A DNA stretch of 64,000 bases from a virus (lineage: Duplodnaviria; Caudoviricetes): positions 15,726-79,725 of IMG/VR virus record IMGVR_UViG_2582581306_000002; one strand, 5' to 3'. Within the stretch, counting starts at the first letter, position 1. Each line of letters starts with the position of its first letter. Position numbers and translations under genes: made by a program. The notes beneath the pieces were generated by a model. It did no database searches and had not been told where the DNA came from. It saw only the letters and a list, made by a program, of their open reading frames with translations. Below, piece by piece: positions 1 to 9,134 of the stretch.

Positions 1-426
1 GACGCAATAGGCGTCTCCAAGCGTCAGTTCCCATTGAGCGATATGCTTGGGGTTCGACCAACTCGGTTTCATGATAGCGATGAAAGCGTCGGCTACCGAG
101 CCGAACGTTTCGAGCTTGATAGCGGCTCGGCGATCGGTGGCCTCCATGAATGGATCCCCTCGCCTTCCAAGGATATCGCGGACCTCCTGCGCTTTGTGGC
201 GCGCCTGCTTCAAGGAGATGGTCTCAGCCTTGCCGGCTTTCGCCGCGGAACCGAGCCCCATCTCGTACCGCTTTCCGCTGGTGACCCACATGAACAGCCA
301 GGACTTTGCCCCGGTCTTGGAGACGTTGAGATAGAGCCCGCCGCCATCACTGTGCCGGCCGGCTGCGAGTTTGTCGGATGAGACGAATGAAGCCGATAGT
401 TTGTTCAGGCCACGTGCCAAATCCAT
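1..426 (-). CDS. P4-like tyrosine integrase, N-terminal arm-binding part (runs off the left edge)
   Basis: Manual translation: MDLARGLNKLSASFVSSDKLAAGRHSDGGGLYLNVSKTGAKSWLFMW...RYEMGLG...ISLKQAR...DP, the DUF4102/Arm-DNA-bind pattern; not in the ORF track because it is open at the edge. Confidence 0.85.
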   Translation of the reverse strand, partial: MDLARGLNKLSASFVSSDKLAAGRHSDGGGLYLNVSKTGAKSWLFMWVTSGKRYEMGLGSAAKAGKAETISLKQARHKAQEVRDILGRRGDPFMEATDRRAAIKLETFGSVADAFIAIMKPSWSNPKHIAQWELTLGDAYCV

Positions 427-565
427 CCCCACTTCTTTCCCCACTTTGGGGCTAGGTTGAAGGCGAATTATAGCGGACGGCCATGAATTGGGAAAGACAG
501 TTTGTTGTTTTAGTTCAATACGATAGCGGACATTCGCGGACGGCTGCGAACGGTAATTAGCCAGA

Positions 566-579
566 CACCTCTTCCGCCA
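566..579 (+). mobile_element. Possible att core (tRNA 3'-end-like CACCTCTTCCGCCA) of the left-hand integrative element
   Basis: Resembles a tRNA-Ser acceptor end with CCA; lies 140 bp upstream of the integrase; tandem TCCCCACTT repeats at 426-447 may be arm sites. Confidence 0.4.
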
Positions 580-857
580 GAACTTCAGCCTATCGTGTGA
601 AAATATTCGATGATATTTTCCGAGCAAGCCCCCTTCTCCAATTTTACCTTTACCGTTTTTTGGGTGAAATCGGATATTTTGCTCGCCATCGTGGATTCAT
701 CCCGCCCGTTCGCAGCATTGATCAGCGCCGTTCCTCCCCTGCCCTCATGATAACCAGTCAAGAGTAACCTTCTCCGGATGCCCGCAACCTTTTTGATGAT
801 GATGTCATTTGATTAGGGGGGTATAAAATACACGCAGGTGGTCGAAGGAGGTCTGCG

Positions 858-1130
858 ATGAAATCTGCAGTTTTCTTAGCGGCAGCGCTTGTGCTTGCCG
901 CATGCACAGCAGTGGAACTCGAGCCCATCCCGGGCAGCATCACCTATGGTGGCCAGCCACGGACCAAACTGACCAAGTCGCCTGCCGGCAGCACCTTCAC
1001 GCACACGTTCCACGACGAGCGCGGCGGATATTGGAGCGAGACCTATCAGATACAGCCTGACCGCTCGCTGAAGATCATTTCGCGGCGCAGAGCCGAAGAC
1101 TTCAGACTGAACGCAAACGGCGGATTGTAA
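858..1130 (+). CDS. Small lipoprotein
   Basis: Lipobox LAAC after a hydrophobic signal; strong SD AAGGAGG. Confidence 0.7.
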   Translation: MKSAVFLAAALVLAACTAVELEPIPGSITYGGQPRTKLTKSPAGSTFTHTFHDERGGYWSETYQIQPDRSLKIISRRRAEDFRLNANGGL

Positions 1131-1290
1131 GACGCTGGAATGGTCTCTTGCCCCGCCAAGGATGCCCGGACCATATTCGTCAGATGAAGCAGATGGCCAA
1201 CATCTTGATTTTCGCCATCTCGCTTTCATGACACCGATGAGGGCGCTCGCTGCGGATACATGCTCCATCCTGTCCGTGAATAGCTGTTGT

Positions 1291-1437
1291 CTAGCCCGCC
1301 ATGTTACCGACGGTGGCGATGACCGTAGTCAGGGCGGGTGCGCTGGCGTGCGTCCAAAGCTGATACCCGACGACACCGCCGAGAATAGCGGACCATATCG
1401 CAAAATCCCCGATCCGAAACAGTGGCTCTCTTTTCAT
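1291..1437 (-). CDS. Small hypothetical membrane protein (48 aa)
   Basis: MKREPLFRIGDFAIWSAILGGVVGYQLW...; purine-rich leader. Confidence 0.35.
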   Translation of the reverse strand: MKREPLFRIGDFAIWSAILGGVVGYQLWTHASAPALTTVIATVGNMAG

Positions 1438-1772
1438 CCCAGTCATCCTCACATCCAATGTGATTTCTTGAGAACAATATTGCGCCGATCGTTCATTTTT
1501 AGAAGACGACGTTTAGTGAACACAGCATTTCACATTGAACAATCAAAACCTGTAACCGCGGGAACTGCCGCGACTGTGAGCAACACGGTGGCCAGGATGT
1601 CAACGCTGGGATGGGAGAGCGACGGGGAGTAACTCGCCGCAAGAATGATTCCCCCATTCGTCGAAACATGTTATCGTCCTGCCGGCACACTGCATCGAAG
1701 GTTGTGATGCTTATTGATGCCTTGTTGCATCATTTGTGCTATAGGTTGCTGAGTTCGTCGGAGGAGAAGGCA

Positions 1773-1991
1773 ATGCATTATAGCGTGCAGTTTTTCACTT
1801 GGACTCCGAAACAGGGCGTTCATCAGGTCGGATCGACGATTGAGATTGATGCGGTCAATCCGAAGCTTGCAGCCGTATCCCTGTTGGGGCTGAGGCTGGA
1901 GGAGACCGGCGCCGCCAAGAAACTCGCAGTGCGCGTCTGGAATGCGCCTGATGACAGCAAGGCTGATTGCGAGTGCTTCTACTACCATTGA
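1773..1991 (+). CDS. Hypothetical protein
   Basis: SD GGAGGAGAAGG before ATG 1773 (MHYSVQFFTW). Confidence 0.6.
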   Translation: MHYSVQFFTWTPKQGVHQVGSTIEIDAVNPKLAAVSLLGLRLEETGAAKKLAVRVWNAPDDSKADCECFYYH

Positions 1992-2255
1992 CCAGTCGTC
2001 GCATTCAGCACCGTGAATCCTGCTGCTACCCAACGTGATAGGAACCCCTTTGCGGGGGCGAATGGGTCGTTTCATCTATGATGGATTTGCCTGTCGCGTC
2101 GCCGCGAGACGGCGTTGACGTGGCGTTCAGGAAACGGCTTGCATTCTTGTCAGGGAGAACAATCTGTCAGCATCTGTTCAGAATGCCGAGAAAAAGCGTT
2201 CAGAACGGCGCGATCTCGAAACCGCACTACGTATTGTAATCATTGTGGGAAAATT

Positions 2256-2299
2256 TGGAGGCCTCGCCCGGAATTGAACCGGGGTGCAAGGATTTGCAG
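2256..2299 (-). mobile_element. Prophage att site: 3' half of tRNA-Cys (GCA anticodon loop to CCA)
   Basis: Minus strand CTGCAAATCCTTGCACCCCGGTTCAATTCCGGGCGAGGCCTCCA; no D-arm or 5' acceptor strand; inverted GTTATGAAGA/TCTTCATAAC repeat at 2330-2412 may be arm sites. Confidence 0.9.
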
Positions 2300-2417
2300 G
2301 CCTCGGAGCATTCAGGAAAATCAAGGCCCGTTATGAAGAAATAGCCCTTTTTCGGCTTTTTCCACCGATTTTTCATCGTTGATTTTGTTCATAAAAATCG
2401 CGTCTTCATAACAGCTT

Positions 2418-2534
2418 TCACGCGATAATGGCCGTGAAAAACACGTAGACGACAACCATAACAACGGCCACAAGCAACGTCGGTATCTGCGGCTTCGCGG
2501 CCTGCTTCAGAACCTTTGTCTTCGACCTATTCAT
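2418..2534 (-). CDS. 38-aa single-TM peptide, last gene of the lysis cassette
   Basis: MNRSKTKVLKQAAKPQIPTLLVAVVMVVVYVFFTAIIA; SD AAGGAG; overlaps the holin stop. Confidence 0.55.
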   Translation of the reverse strand: MNRSKTKVLKQAAKPQIPTLLVAVVMVVVYVFFTAIIA

Positions 2535-2850
2535 GGGGCTGCTCCTTCAGTTGGCGACTGCGGATGCGGAATGCCTTGAGAATAATTTCGACGATGATGA
2601 CGCCGCCGACACCGATGATGAAACCCCCGACACTGGCTGCTTGTTCCCCGATATCTATGGCGCCCAGCGCCCAGCGGAACATGGGGACGCCGATGGGACC
2701 GAGATAGTACGCCGTTACGGCACCAACGAACAGCTTCCGAATTGCGGGAAGGACACCAGTCCATTCCATCGCCACGGACACTGCGGATCCTGCGATGCCC
2801 GCCAAGGCGAGCTCACCGTTCCTGCTGGAAAGCCAATCCCAGAAATTCAT
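2527..2850 (-). CDS. Putative holin
   Basis: Small protein with about three hydrophobic segments and a basic C-tail; in the lysis cassette; ATGA overlap with the o-spanin. Confidence 0.7.
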   Translation of the reverse strand: MNFWDWLSSRNGELALAGIAGSAVSVAMEWTGVLPAIRKLFVGAVTAYYLGPIGVPMFRWALGAIDIGEQAASVGGFIIGVGGVIIVEIILKAFRIRSRQLKEQPHE

Positions 2851-3122
2851 TGCCCCTGCCCTTCCAATGCCGTCGCCGCTTCCGCCAGCGCTCGATGTCG
2901 TTTGCCGCAATTACCCAGCGCGATCCGATCCAGCGCCCAGGACCGCTGTGTCTCTTCGTCCTGCAGGGCGCGGTCCGGTAGTTCCACGGCTTGCGGGCAC
3001 GGCTGTTTCAGCGCGGCAGGAATTTTCGCCGGTTCCGGGGTGTCAACGACCAAGGGGGGCGAGGAGATCGCGCACCCGCTTAGAAACAGCAGGCCGGCAC
3101 TTAGCGTTAGGATCTTGCGCAT
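2847..3122 (-). CDS. o-spanin (Rz1-like lipoprotein)
   Basis: MRKILTLSAGLLFLSGC lipobox; Pro-rich; overlaps the 3' end of the i-spanin. Confidence 0.75.
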   Translation of the reverse strand: MRKILTLSAGLLFLSGCAISSPPLVVDTPEPAKIPAALKQPCPQAVELPDRALQDEETQRSWALDRIALGNCGKRHRALAEAATALEGQGQ

Positions 3123-3486
3123 TTTCGGCCCTTTCGGCTTCAAGTGCTTTTTCGAGCGAGGAGAGGTGCAGGGCTTGGCTGGTCTGCTCGGACCAGTATT
3201 CGGCCTCGATGCGGTCGATCTTCGCCTGTGTGGCGCGGCGATCGTCATCCAGCTTGATGCTGGCCCTGCGCTGCTTCTCCTGCCACGCCAGGCGCTCGGA
3301 CAGCGCGCCGGCATCGAAGGCGCGATCGACGCGGCCGAACGCAAGATCGGAGACAACGGGCACGTATTCGATGTACGGCACCGACTTCACCAGAGGGACG
3401 CCCTCATAGAAGACGATAACGGCAACGGCGATGATGCCGTGCCAGCCGAGAAATCGGAGCGCTGCGATAACGGTTGGCATCCACAT
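3043..3486 (-). CDS. i-spanin (Rz-like)
   Basis: N-terminal TM, coiled coil, C-terminal Cys; follows the endolysin. Confidence 0.7.
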   Translation of the reverse strand: MWMPTVIAALRFLGWHGIIAVAVIVFYEGVPLVKSVPYIEYVPVVSDLAFGRVDRAFDAGALSERLAWQEKQRRASIKLDDDRRATQAKIDRIEAEYWSEQTSQALHLSSLEKALEAERAENAQDPNAKCRPAVSKRVRDLLAPLGR

Positions 3487-3496
3487 GGGAGCGACC

Positions 3497-4033
3497 TCAG
3501 ACCTTGGCGATCTGCGCGGTGACTTCGTCCCGCAGTTTCTTGCCGCACATCGCGGCACCCAGTACCAGTGGAGCGAAGGCGAGCCGGGTGAAGTCCCATT
3601 TGCCGCGCTGCTGGATACCCAGCGTGCCCTGCACCTCGGCGTGGGAAAGAACGGTCTGAGGCGTCACCCCGATCTTGTAGCGCAGGCAGAGCTCGGCGAC
3701 GACAATGATCATCTTGTCCCACTGCACCTTGGTCATGGGATGGTGGCCCGCATCGAACGGCTTTTCGGTTGCGCCCGCCATGCAGCACAGCGAAACACCG
3801 ATGGAGCCGCCGTTGCAGTTCAGGGTGTGAGCGGCGTAGTCACCTTTGATCGGCCGTTCGTTCTGGGCGATGGTGTGGTCGCCCCGGATCAACTTACCGT
3901 CACCCTCGACGAGGATGTGATAATGCTCCTTGTCGACCGGGCCGGCCCTGCTGGCGCCGGCGGTCCAGTGACAGATGACGCGGCTCATTTTCGCGTCGGG
4001 CATCCAGTCTTTGGGGATTACTTGCGTGATCAT
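3497..4033 (-). CDS. Endolysin, N-acetylmuramoyl-L-alanine amidase (Amidase_2)
   Basis: VICHWTAG, YHILV, AAH..N.N..SIGV, HAEV motifs; SD GGAG before ATG 4033. Confidence 0.88.
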   Translation of the reverse strand: MITQVIPKDWMPDAKMSRVICHWTAGASRAGPVDKEHYHILVEGDGKLIRGDHTIAQNERPIKGDYAAHTLNCNGGSIGVSLCCMAGATEKPFDAGHHPMTKVQWDKMIIVVAELCLRYKIGVTPQTVLSHAEVQGTLGIQQRGKWDFTRLAFAPLVLGAAMCGKKLRDEVTAQIAKV

Positions 4034-4054
4034 GATGTCGGCTCCGTTGGAACC

Positions 4055-4067
4055 GCACCTCATGCGC
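4055..4067 (-). promoter_or_regulatory. Late-leader motif GCGCATGAGGTGC (endolysin)
   Basis: One of six copies; 21 nt upstream of the ATG. Confidence 0.85.
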
Positions 4068-4102
4068 AGGAAGATGCCGTCTGAATATCACAACAAGCCT
4101 TA

Positions 4103-4131
4103 TTGCAACAATCCCGCATTTGTCGTATTTA
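4103..4131 (+). promoter_or_regulatory. Putative promoter TTGCAA-N17-TATTTA for the capsid operon
   Basis: Sigma70-like spacing directly upstream of the leader motif. Confidence 0.5.
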
Positions 4132-4140
4132 GAGGCAGTT

Positions 4141-4153
4141 GCGCATGACGTGC
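4141..4153 (+). promoter_or_regulatory. Late-leader motif GCGCATGACGTGC (major capsid)
   Basis: 28 nt upstream of ATG 4182. Confidence 0.85.
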
Positions 4154-4181
4154 TGATGTCCCTTCCAGGAGATTGGCCCAC

Positions 4182-5279
4182 ATGACCGCAACCACAATCG
4201 CATTTGGCGATCCCAAAGCCCAGAAAAAATGGTCTGGCTCCCTTTTCATCGACACCGTGAAGAAGTCCTACTGGGAACGCAAGTTCGTTTCCACGGATGA
4301 CAACGCTATCATCCAGCGTCTCACGGATCTGGAATCGGCTGCGGGCGACCGTATCTCCTTCGATCTCTCGGTGCAGCTGCGCCAGAAGCCGACGTCCGGT
4401 GACAACCGGCTGGAAGGCAAGGAAGAAGGCCTGAAGTTCTTCACGGACGAGGTCAACATCGACCAGCTCCGTCACGGTGTAAACACCGGCGGCAAGATGA
4501 GCCGGAAGCGCACCACGCACAATCTGCGCACCATCGGCCGCAACCGCCTCTCCGACTACTGGTCCAAGTACATCGACGAGCTGAATTTCATTTACCTCTC
4601 CGGTTCCCGCGGTATCAACCAGGACTATACCGAAGAAGTCACCTATGCCGGTCACGCCAGCAACCCCATCCAGGCGCCGGACACCGCGCATCTCGTCTAC
4701 GGCGGTGATGCGACGTCCAAGGCCTCGATCGACAGCACCGACACAATGTCGAAGGCAACGATCGAAAAGGCTGTGGTCAAGGGTCGCATGATGCGCTCGA
4801 CCGATCCGACCACGGCAAACATGCTGCCGGTCATGATCAACGGCGAGGCCCACTACGTCTGCGTCATGTCGCCGTTCCAGGAGCACTCCCTGCGCACCGC
4901 CGACACCACGGGCTGGTTGGAAATCCAGAAGGCCGCGATTACGGCCGAAGGCAAGGCGAACCCGATCTTCAAGGGCGGCCTCGGCATGATCAACAACTGC
5001 GTGCTTCACAGCCATGAAAGCGTGATCCGTTTCTCGGACTATGGCGCCGGTACCAACCTTCCAGCGGCTCGCGCACTGTTCATGGGCCGTCAGGCCGGTG
5101 TGGTCGCCTACGGTTCGTCCGGCGGCCTCCGCTTCACATGGACCGAAGAAGAGAAGGATCACGGCAACGAAAAGGTTATCGCTGCCGGCGTCATCATCGG
5201 TGTCAAGAAGTCCCGCTTCAACAGCAAGGATTTCGGCGTCACCGCCATCGACACCTATGCGGTCGATCCGAACGCCTAA
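4182..5279 (+). CDS. Major capsid protein, N4-gp56 family
   Basis: AGDRISFDL, LEGKEEGL, IDQLRHGV, RHNLR-like, NPIFKGGLG, KKSRF...DFGV motifs; strongly biased codon usage. Confidence 0.9.
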   Translation: MTATTIAFGDPKAQKKWSGSLFIDTVKKSYWERKFVSTDDNAIIQRLTDLESAAGDRISFDLSVQLRQKPTSGDNRLEGKEEGLKFFTDEVNIDQLRHGVNTGGKMSRKRTTHNLRTIGRNRLSDYWSKYIDELNFIYLSGSRGINQDYTEEVTYAGHASNPIQAPDTAHLVYGGDATSKASIDSTDTMSKATIEKAVVKGRMMRSTDPTTANMLPVMINGEAHYVCVMSPFQEHSLRTADTTGWLEIQKAAITAEGKANPIFKGGLGMINNCVLHSHESVIRFSDYGAGTNLPAARALFMGRQAGVVAYGSSGGLRFTWTEEEKDHGNEKVIAAGVIIGVKKSRFNSKDFGVTAIDTYAVDPNA

Positions 5280-5292
5280 TCCGTAGCAGGAC

Positions 5293-5321
5293 GGTCCCGC
5301 TCCGGCGGGGCCAATTCTTTT
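5293..5321 (+). terminator. Hairpin with U-tract after the capsid gene
   Basis: GGTCCCGC-TCCG-GCGGGGCC-AATTCTTTT. Confidence 0.55.
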
Positions 5322-5346
5322 CACCCCGCCGTTAGGAGACGTTTCC

Positions 5347-5808
5347 ATGGCACTCATTCAGAGCAAAACCGCACAGGGCATCATTGGCATCCCGATCCCG
5401 GGTTTCGCTGGCGACGCTATCGGGGTCCGCTTCTCGCACACCCTTCTCGCCAACCCGTCGATCAACGACATCCTCGAGCTCGGCTGCATCCCGGCTGGCT
5501 GCCGCGTCCTCGACATGGTCATCGACAGTGATGACCTCGACACCAACGGCGCCCCGACGATCGCTTACGATGTCGGCGTGATGTCTGGCGATCATGGCGT
5601 CAACGATGCGGCCCGTACCTGCGGCGCAGAGTTCTTCGCAGCATCCGCAGCCAGCCAGGCCGGCACAGTTGTCCGCCCCACCATCAAGACGGCGTTCCGT
5701 ACCGCCCCGACTGACAAAGATCGCTCGATCGGTGTGAAATTCACGGCCGCCGCCGCCACGTTTGCCTCCGGCACGATCGGCATGACCGTATTCTACGCTA
5801 CGGCCTGA
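5347..5808 (+). CDS. Virion structural protein (capsid decoration/cement-like)
   Basis: Directly follows the capsid gene; IPAGCRVLD..DDLDTNG beta-rich pattern. Confidence 0.7.
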   Translation: MALIQSKTAQGIIGIPIPGFAGDAIGVRFSHTLLANPSINDILELGCIPAGCRVLDMVIDSDDLDTNGAPTIAYDVGVMSGDHGVNDAARTCGAEFFAASAASQAGTVVRPTIKTAFRTAPTDKDRSIGVKFTAAAATFASGTIGMTVFYATA

Positions 5809-5832
5809 TCCTCCTTCCCAGCACTGATCCGG

Positions 5833-5869
5833 CAAGGGGGCAATTTATCTTTGCCCCCTTGTTTTGTTT
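5833..5869 (+). terminator. Rho-independent terminator
   Basis: CAAGGGGGCAA-N7-TTGCCCCCTTG then TTTTGTTT. Confidence 0.75.
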
Positions 5870-5888
5870 AAACCGAGGAGCCCCTGTT

Positions 5889-6500
5889 ATGCCTCTGATC
5901 GAATGCACCGCCGGCCCTGCTGAAACCCCTGTGGGCGGCACCGTCTACTCCTTCAATCGCGACAAGGCCGGCCGCTACGTCGCCGATGTCTACGACCTCA
6001 GCCACGCGATGTGCCTGCTCTCCGTCGTCTGGTACCGCGAGGTCAAGCCGATCTCCGACGGCGCCACCGAACAGACCGAGCAGCCCTCGGAGGAAACTCC
6101 GGCTGCTCCGGTTGAGAAGCCCGTTGCCACAGCCCGCGCGAAAAAGGTGAAGACGGAAACGCCTTCCGGCTTCGGTCTGCTCGGCGTCGGTGGACCGACA
6201 CCAACTGTGCCCGCCGTCGAGGCGGCCGCTGAAAACGCGGCTCCCGAGAACGACGTCGTCGAGGATGCCGTCGGCACCGACGAATCGGGCGATGGCTCGG
6301 GTTCCGAGGATGACACTGGAGCCGACGATACCGGCGCCGGAGACGAAGGCTCCGACGACGGCAGCGACGAAACCGCCGAGGATGACACGGGCGGACAGGA
6401 ACAGACCGAGCAGCCCTCCGAGGAAACTCCGGCTGCTCCGATCGTCTTGCCAACCGCAACACCTACCCGTCAGGGTCGCCGCCGCAATCGGAGGGGCTAA
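5889..6500 (+). CDS. Hypothetical protein with an acidic low-complexity tail
   Basis: SD GAGGAG; folded-looking N-terminus, D/E/P-rich remainder. Confidence 0.75.
   Translation: MPLIECTAGPAETPVGGTVYSFNRDKAGRYVADVYDLSHAMCLLSVVWYREVKPISDGATEQTEQPSEETPAAPVEKPVATARAKKVKTETPSGFGLLGVGGPTPTVPAVEAAAENAAPENDVVEDAVGTDESGDGSGSEDDTGADDTGAGDEGSDDGSDETAEDDTGGQEQTEQPSEETPAAPIVLPTATPTRQGRRRNRRG
6069..6440 (+). repeat. 42-bp direct repeat (6069-6110 and 6399-6440, one mismatch)
   Basis: Both copies encode EQTEQPSEETPAAP. Confidence 0.9.
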
Positions 6501-6503
6501 TCC

Positions 6504-7238
6504 GTGGCCGTTCTCGCGAGCGAACTGATGGTGAAGGCCGGTATACTCCTGCAGGACATCGACAACACCCGATGGCCGCTCGCAGAACTGGCGGGATGGA
6601 TCAATGATGCGGTCCGCGCCATCGTTCTTGCCAAGCCCAACGCCGCCTCCAAGAGCATTGTTCTGGATCTCGCGGTCGGCACCCTTCAGAAGGTGCCCGT
6701 TTCCGGCAATCCTCTGCCATTGGCGCTGCTGCGCGTGATCAGGAACCTTGCGAGTTCGAGCGACCTCAATCGCACCGCCGGTCGCTCCGTTCGGATGACT
6801 GCGCGCGACCTGCTCGATAGCCAGCAGCCCAATTGGCATGATGGGACTGTCACACCGTTCAAGAAGGAGGTTCGTAACGTCATCTTCGATGAAATGAACC
6901 CGCTTGAGTTTTACGTCTATCCGGGCAACGACGGCACCGGCTTCCTCGAGGCGGTGATTTCTTATTGCCCCGCCGCCGTTGCGCTCGCCGAAGGCGATGA
7001 GGCCAGCGACATCGAAAGCTGGGAGCAGGACATCGGCCTGCCGGAGCCATTTTCGGTTCCCGTGCTGGATTACATCCTATACCGGGCGCAGCTGAAGGAT
7101 GACACCTTCGCCAACACAGAGCGGGCAACGGTGCACTACCAGCAGTTCGCCAACGCGATCGGCATCAAGGTGCAGAACACGCGCAGCTATAGCCCGAACG
7201 CACCGAAGGCCGCCCCAGCACCTGAAGGCTCGGCATGA
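6504..7238 (+). CDS. Virion structural protein (head-tail adaptor-like)
   Basis: LLQD...RW...EL..WINDA, FYVYP, DYILYRA motifs; position in the operon. Confidence 0.75.
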   Translation: MAVLASELMVKAGILLQDIDNTRWPLAELAGWINDAVRAIVLAKPNAASKSIVLDLAVGTLQKVPVSGNPLPLALLRVIRNLASSSDLNRTAGRSVRMTARDLLDSQQPNWHDGTVTPFKKEVRNVIFDEMNPLEFYVYPGNDGTGFLEAVISYCPAAVALAEGDEASDIESWEQDIGLPEPFSVPVLDYILYRAQLKDDTFANTERATVHYQQFANAIGIKVQNTRSYSPNAPKAAPAPEGSA

Positions 7239-7858
7239 GCGATATCGACGATCTTCTGCCGGAAGTTCTACTTCACGCGCCGAACTGCGCCGACGTCGTC
7301 GCGTATCGCTATCTGCGCGAGGCGGCGCGCGAGCTGTGCCAACGCTCCCGTGCGTGGCGTGTCACTGAAACCCTGTTGGTCACGACGCCGGAAAGCCAAG
7401 CCATCATCGCGACCGAGGATGCCAGCATCTTCGAGATAGCGAACGCTTTCCTAGACGAGTTCGAACTGACACCGGTAACGCCGGCATGGCTGGATAGCGA
7501 ATATCCGGGCTGGCACGATTCGTACGCCGATACCGGCCCGGCCCGCTTCATCACCCAGATCGCGCCCAACACGGTCACCATCGTCCCGAAGGTCACCGGC
7601 ACCCTGAAAATGCGTCTGGTGCTGGAACCGTCGCGCACAGCGATGACAGTCCCGGATTTCATCGTCGAGCAATACGCCACTGAGATTGGCAAAGGCGCCG
7701 CCGGCCGCGTGCTCATGCTGCCGAGCAACACGGTCGGAAATCCAAACTACGGCACCAAGCTGCTCGCCGAATTTGAGGATCTGCTCGATACCGTCGCGGT
7801 GCAGGCCACCAAGGGACAGCAGGGCGCAAGGCTGCGTAGCAAGGGAGCGTATTTCTAA
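7235..7858 (+). CDS. Virion structural protein (adaptor-like)
   Basis: Translationally coupled; LREAARELC..S.AWR pattern. Confidence 0.7.
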   Translation: MSDIDDLLPEVLLHAPNCADVVAYRYLREAARELCQRSRAWRVTETLLVTTPESQAIIATEDASIFEIANAFLDEFELTPVTPAWLDSEYPGWHDSYADTGPARFITQIAPNTVTIVPKVTGTLKMRLVLEPSRTAMTVPDFIVEQYATEIGKGAAGRVLMLPSNTVGNPNYGTKLLAEFEDLLDTVAVQATKGQQGARLRSKGAYF

Positions 7859-8895
7859 TGGCCGTTAAGCTCGCAAACAACGCCTCCTCGACCCTGCAGG
7901 GCTCAATCAACACGTCCGTGACGACGATCTCGGTTGACGCCGGTGATGCCTCGAAATTCCCGACACTTGGTGGCGGCGAGTGGTTCCCGGTGACGGTCAT
8001 CGATGCCGGCGGCAACATGGAAATCATGCGGTGCACCGCGCGCACCGGTGCTACCCTGACTGTGACGCGAGCCCAGGAAGGTACGACGGCCAAATCCTTC
8101 GCAGCTGGTGCCATCGTCAGCCATCGCCTCACCAAGGCGGTCATTGATGAGATCATGGGCGCCGCTCATGACGCATCCCTGCTGACAACAGGCACTTTGC
8201 CTTCCGGACGGCTGTCTGGAAGCTACAGTTTCGGCGGTCTGAGCCTCACCGGCACGCTGACCATTTCCAACACGGCGCCGCAGATCAAGATGATCGACAC
8301 GACGTCGGGTCAATACAGTTCCCGCATGCGTCAGGACAGCAACAACGTCACGTTGGACGGCTCGACCGACGATGTGGTGTTTACCACCGTCTATCGGTTC
8401 GAGATGGACACCAGGCGCGGTTTCATCGACGGCGACCAGATCACGACGGCTGGCGCCGGTACGGGCTACGATTCGGCCCGGCTGGGGAACCAGCTTCCGG
8501 CCTTCTATGCCACGGCGGCCAGCAACGCGCTGAAAGCGCCTCTGGCCTCCCCCACATTTACCGGGACACCGGATGCGCCGACGCCACCTGCGGGCGATAA
8601 TTCGACCCGGCTCGCGACCACTGAATTCGTCCAGACCGAACTGGAAGACTACGCACAGTTCTACAGCGGCTCGTCGGCGAGCAATACCGCGTTCCCGATC
8701 GGCTCGACCATCGATGTCTTCACGGACGGAGAAACGATCAACCGCAACGGAATTATCGTTCCCGCACTTTCCGACATCGATTCGATTTATTACCGGAGGA
8801 GCGGAAACGCGGGGGCCGGTGCGATCATTGCGGGAACGTGGCGTTCCTCCGGGATGATCGAGGACGACTATTGCAGACCTAGAAGGACGTTGTAA
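7858..8895 (+). CDS. Tail fibre protein
   Basis: N-terminal LTVTRAQEGT attachment domain; KAPLASPTFTGTPDAPT..GDNSTRLATTEFV fibre motif. Confidence 0.8.
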   Translation: MAVKLANNASSTLQGSINTSVTTISVDAGDASKFPTLGGGEWFPVTVIDAGGNMEIMRCTARTGATLTVTRAQEGTTAKSFAAGAIVSHRLTKAVIDEIMGAAHDASLLTTGTLPSGRLSGSYSFGGLSLTGTLTISNTAPQIKMIDTTSGQYSSRMRQDSNNVTLDGSTDDVVFTTVYRFEMDTRRGFIDGDQITTAGAGTGYDSARLGNQLPAFYATAASNALKAPLASPTFTGTPDAPTPPAGDNSTRLATTEFVQTELEDYAQFYSGSSASNTAFPIGSTIDVFTDGETINRNGIIVPALSDIDSIYYRRSGNAGAGAIIAGTWRSSGMIEDDYCRPRRTL

Positions 8896-9125
8896 TGTTT
8901 GAGGCTCACTTGCTCAACGTGTTCTCGGTACAGGCAACAGCCGAAACCGATGTTCTCCTCTTCGACATTGAAACGGTCGACGGTTTCGGTGTCGTATCGC
9001 GTTCACTGTTTTGCAGCCGCCCGGACGATCCGTACGGTTTCGGTCCCGTTATCAGGACCTATCTGGCGGATAACCTCGCCGAGATCGAAATCATACCCTA
9101 CCAGCCGCCCTCCGCTCCGGAATAG
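8895..9125 (+). CDS. Probable tail-fibre assembly protein
   Basis: Small acidic protein ending IIPYQPP, coupled to the fibre gene. Confidence 0.55.
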   Translation: MFEAHLLNVFSVQATAETDVLLFDIETVDGFGVVSRSLFCSRPDDPYGFGPVIRTYLADNLAEIEIIPYQPPSAPE

Positions 9126-9134
9126 GATGTCCAC

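Noticed and set aside
2256-2299. Functional tRNA-Cys
   Set aside because: Only the 3' half is present; it is the att duplication
4785-4796. Near-match to the leader motif (CGCATGATGCGC) inside the capsid gene
   Set aside because: Mismatched, intragenic and with no downstream start
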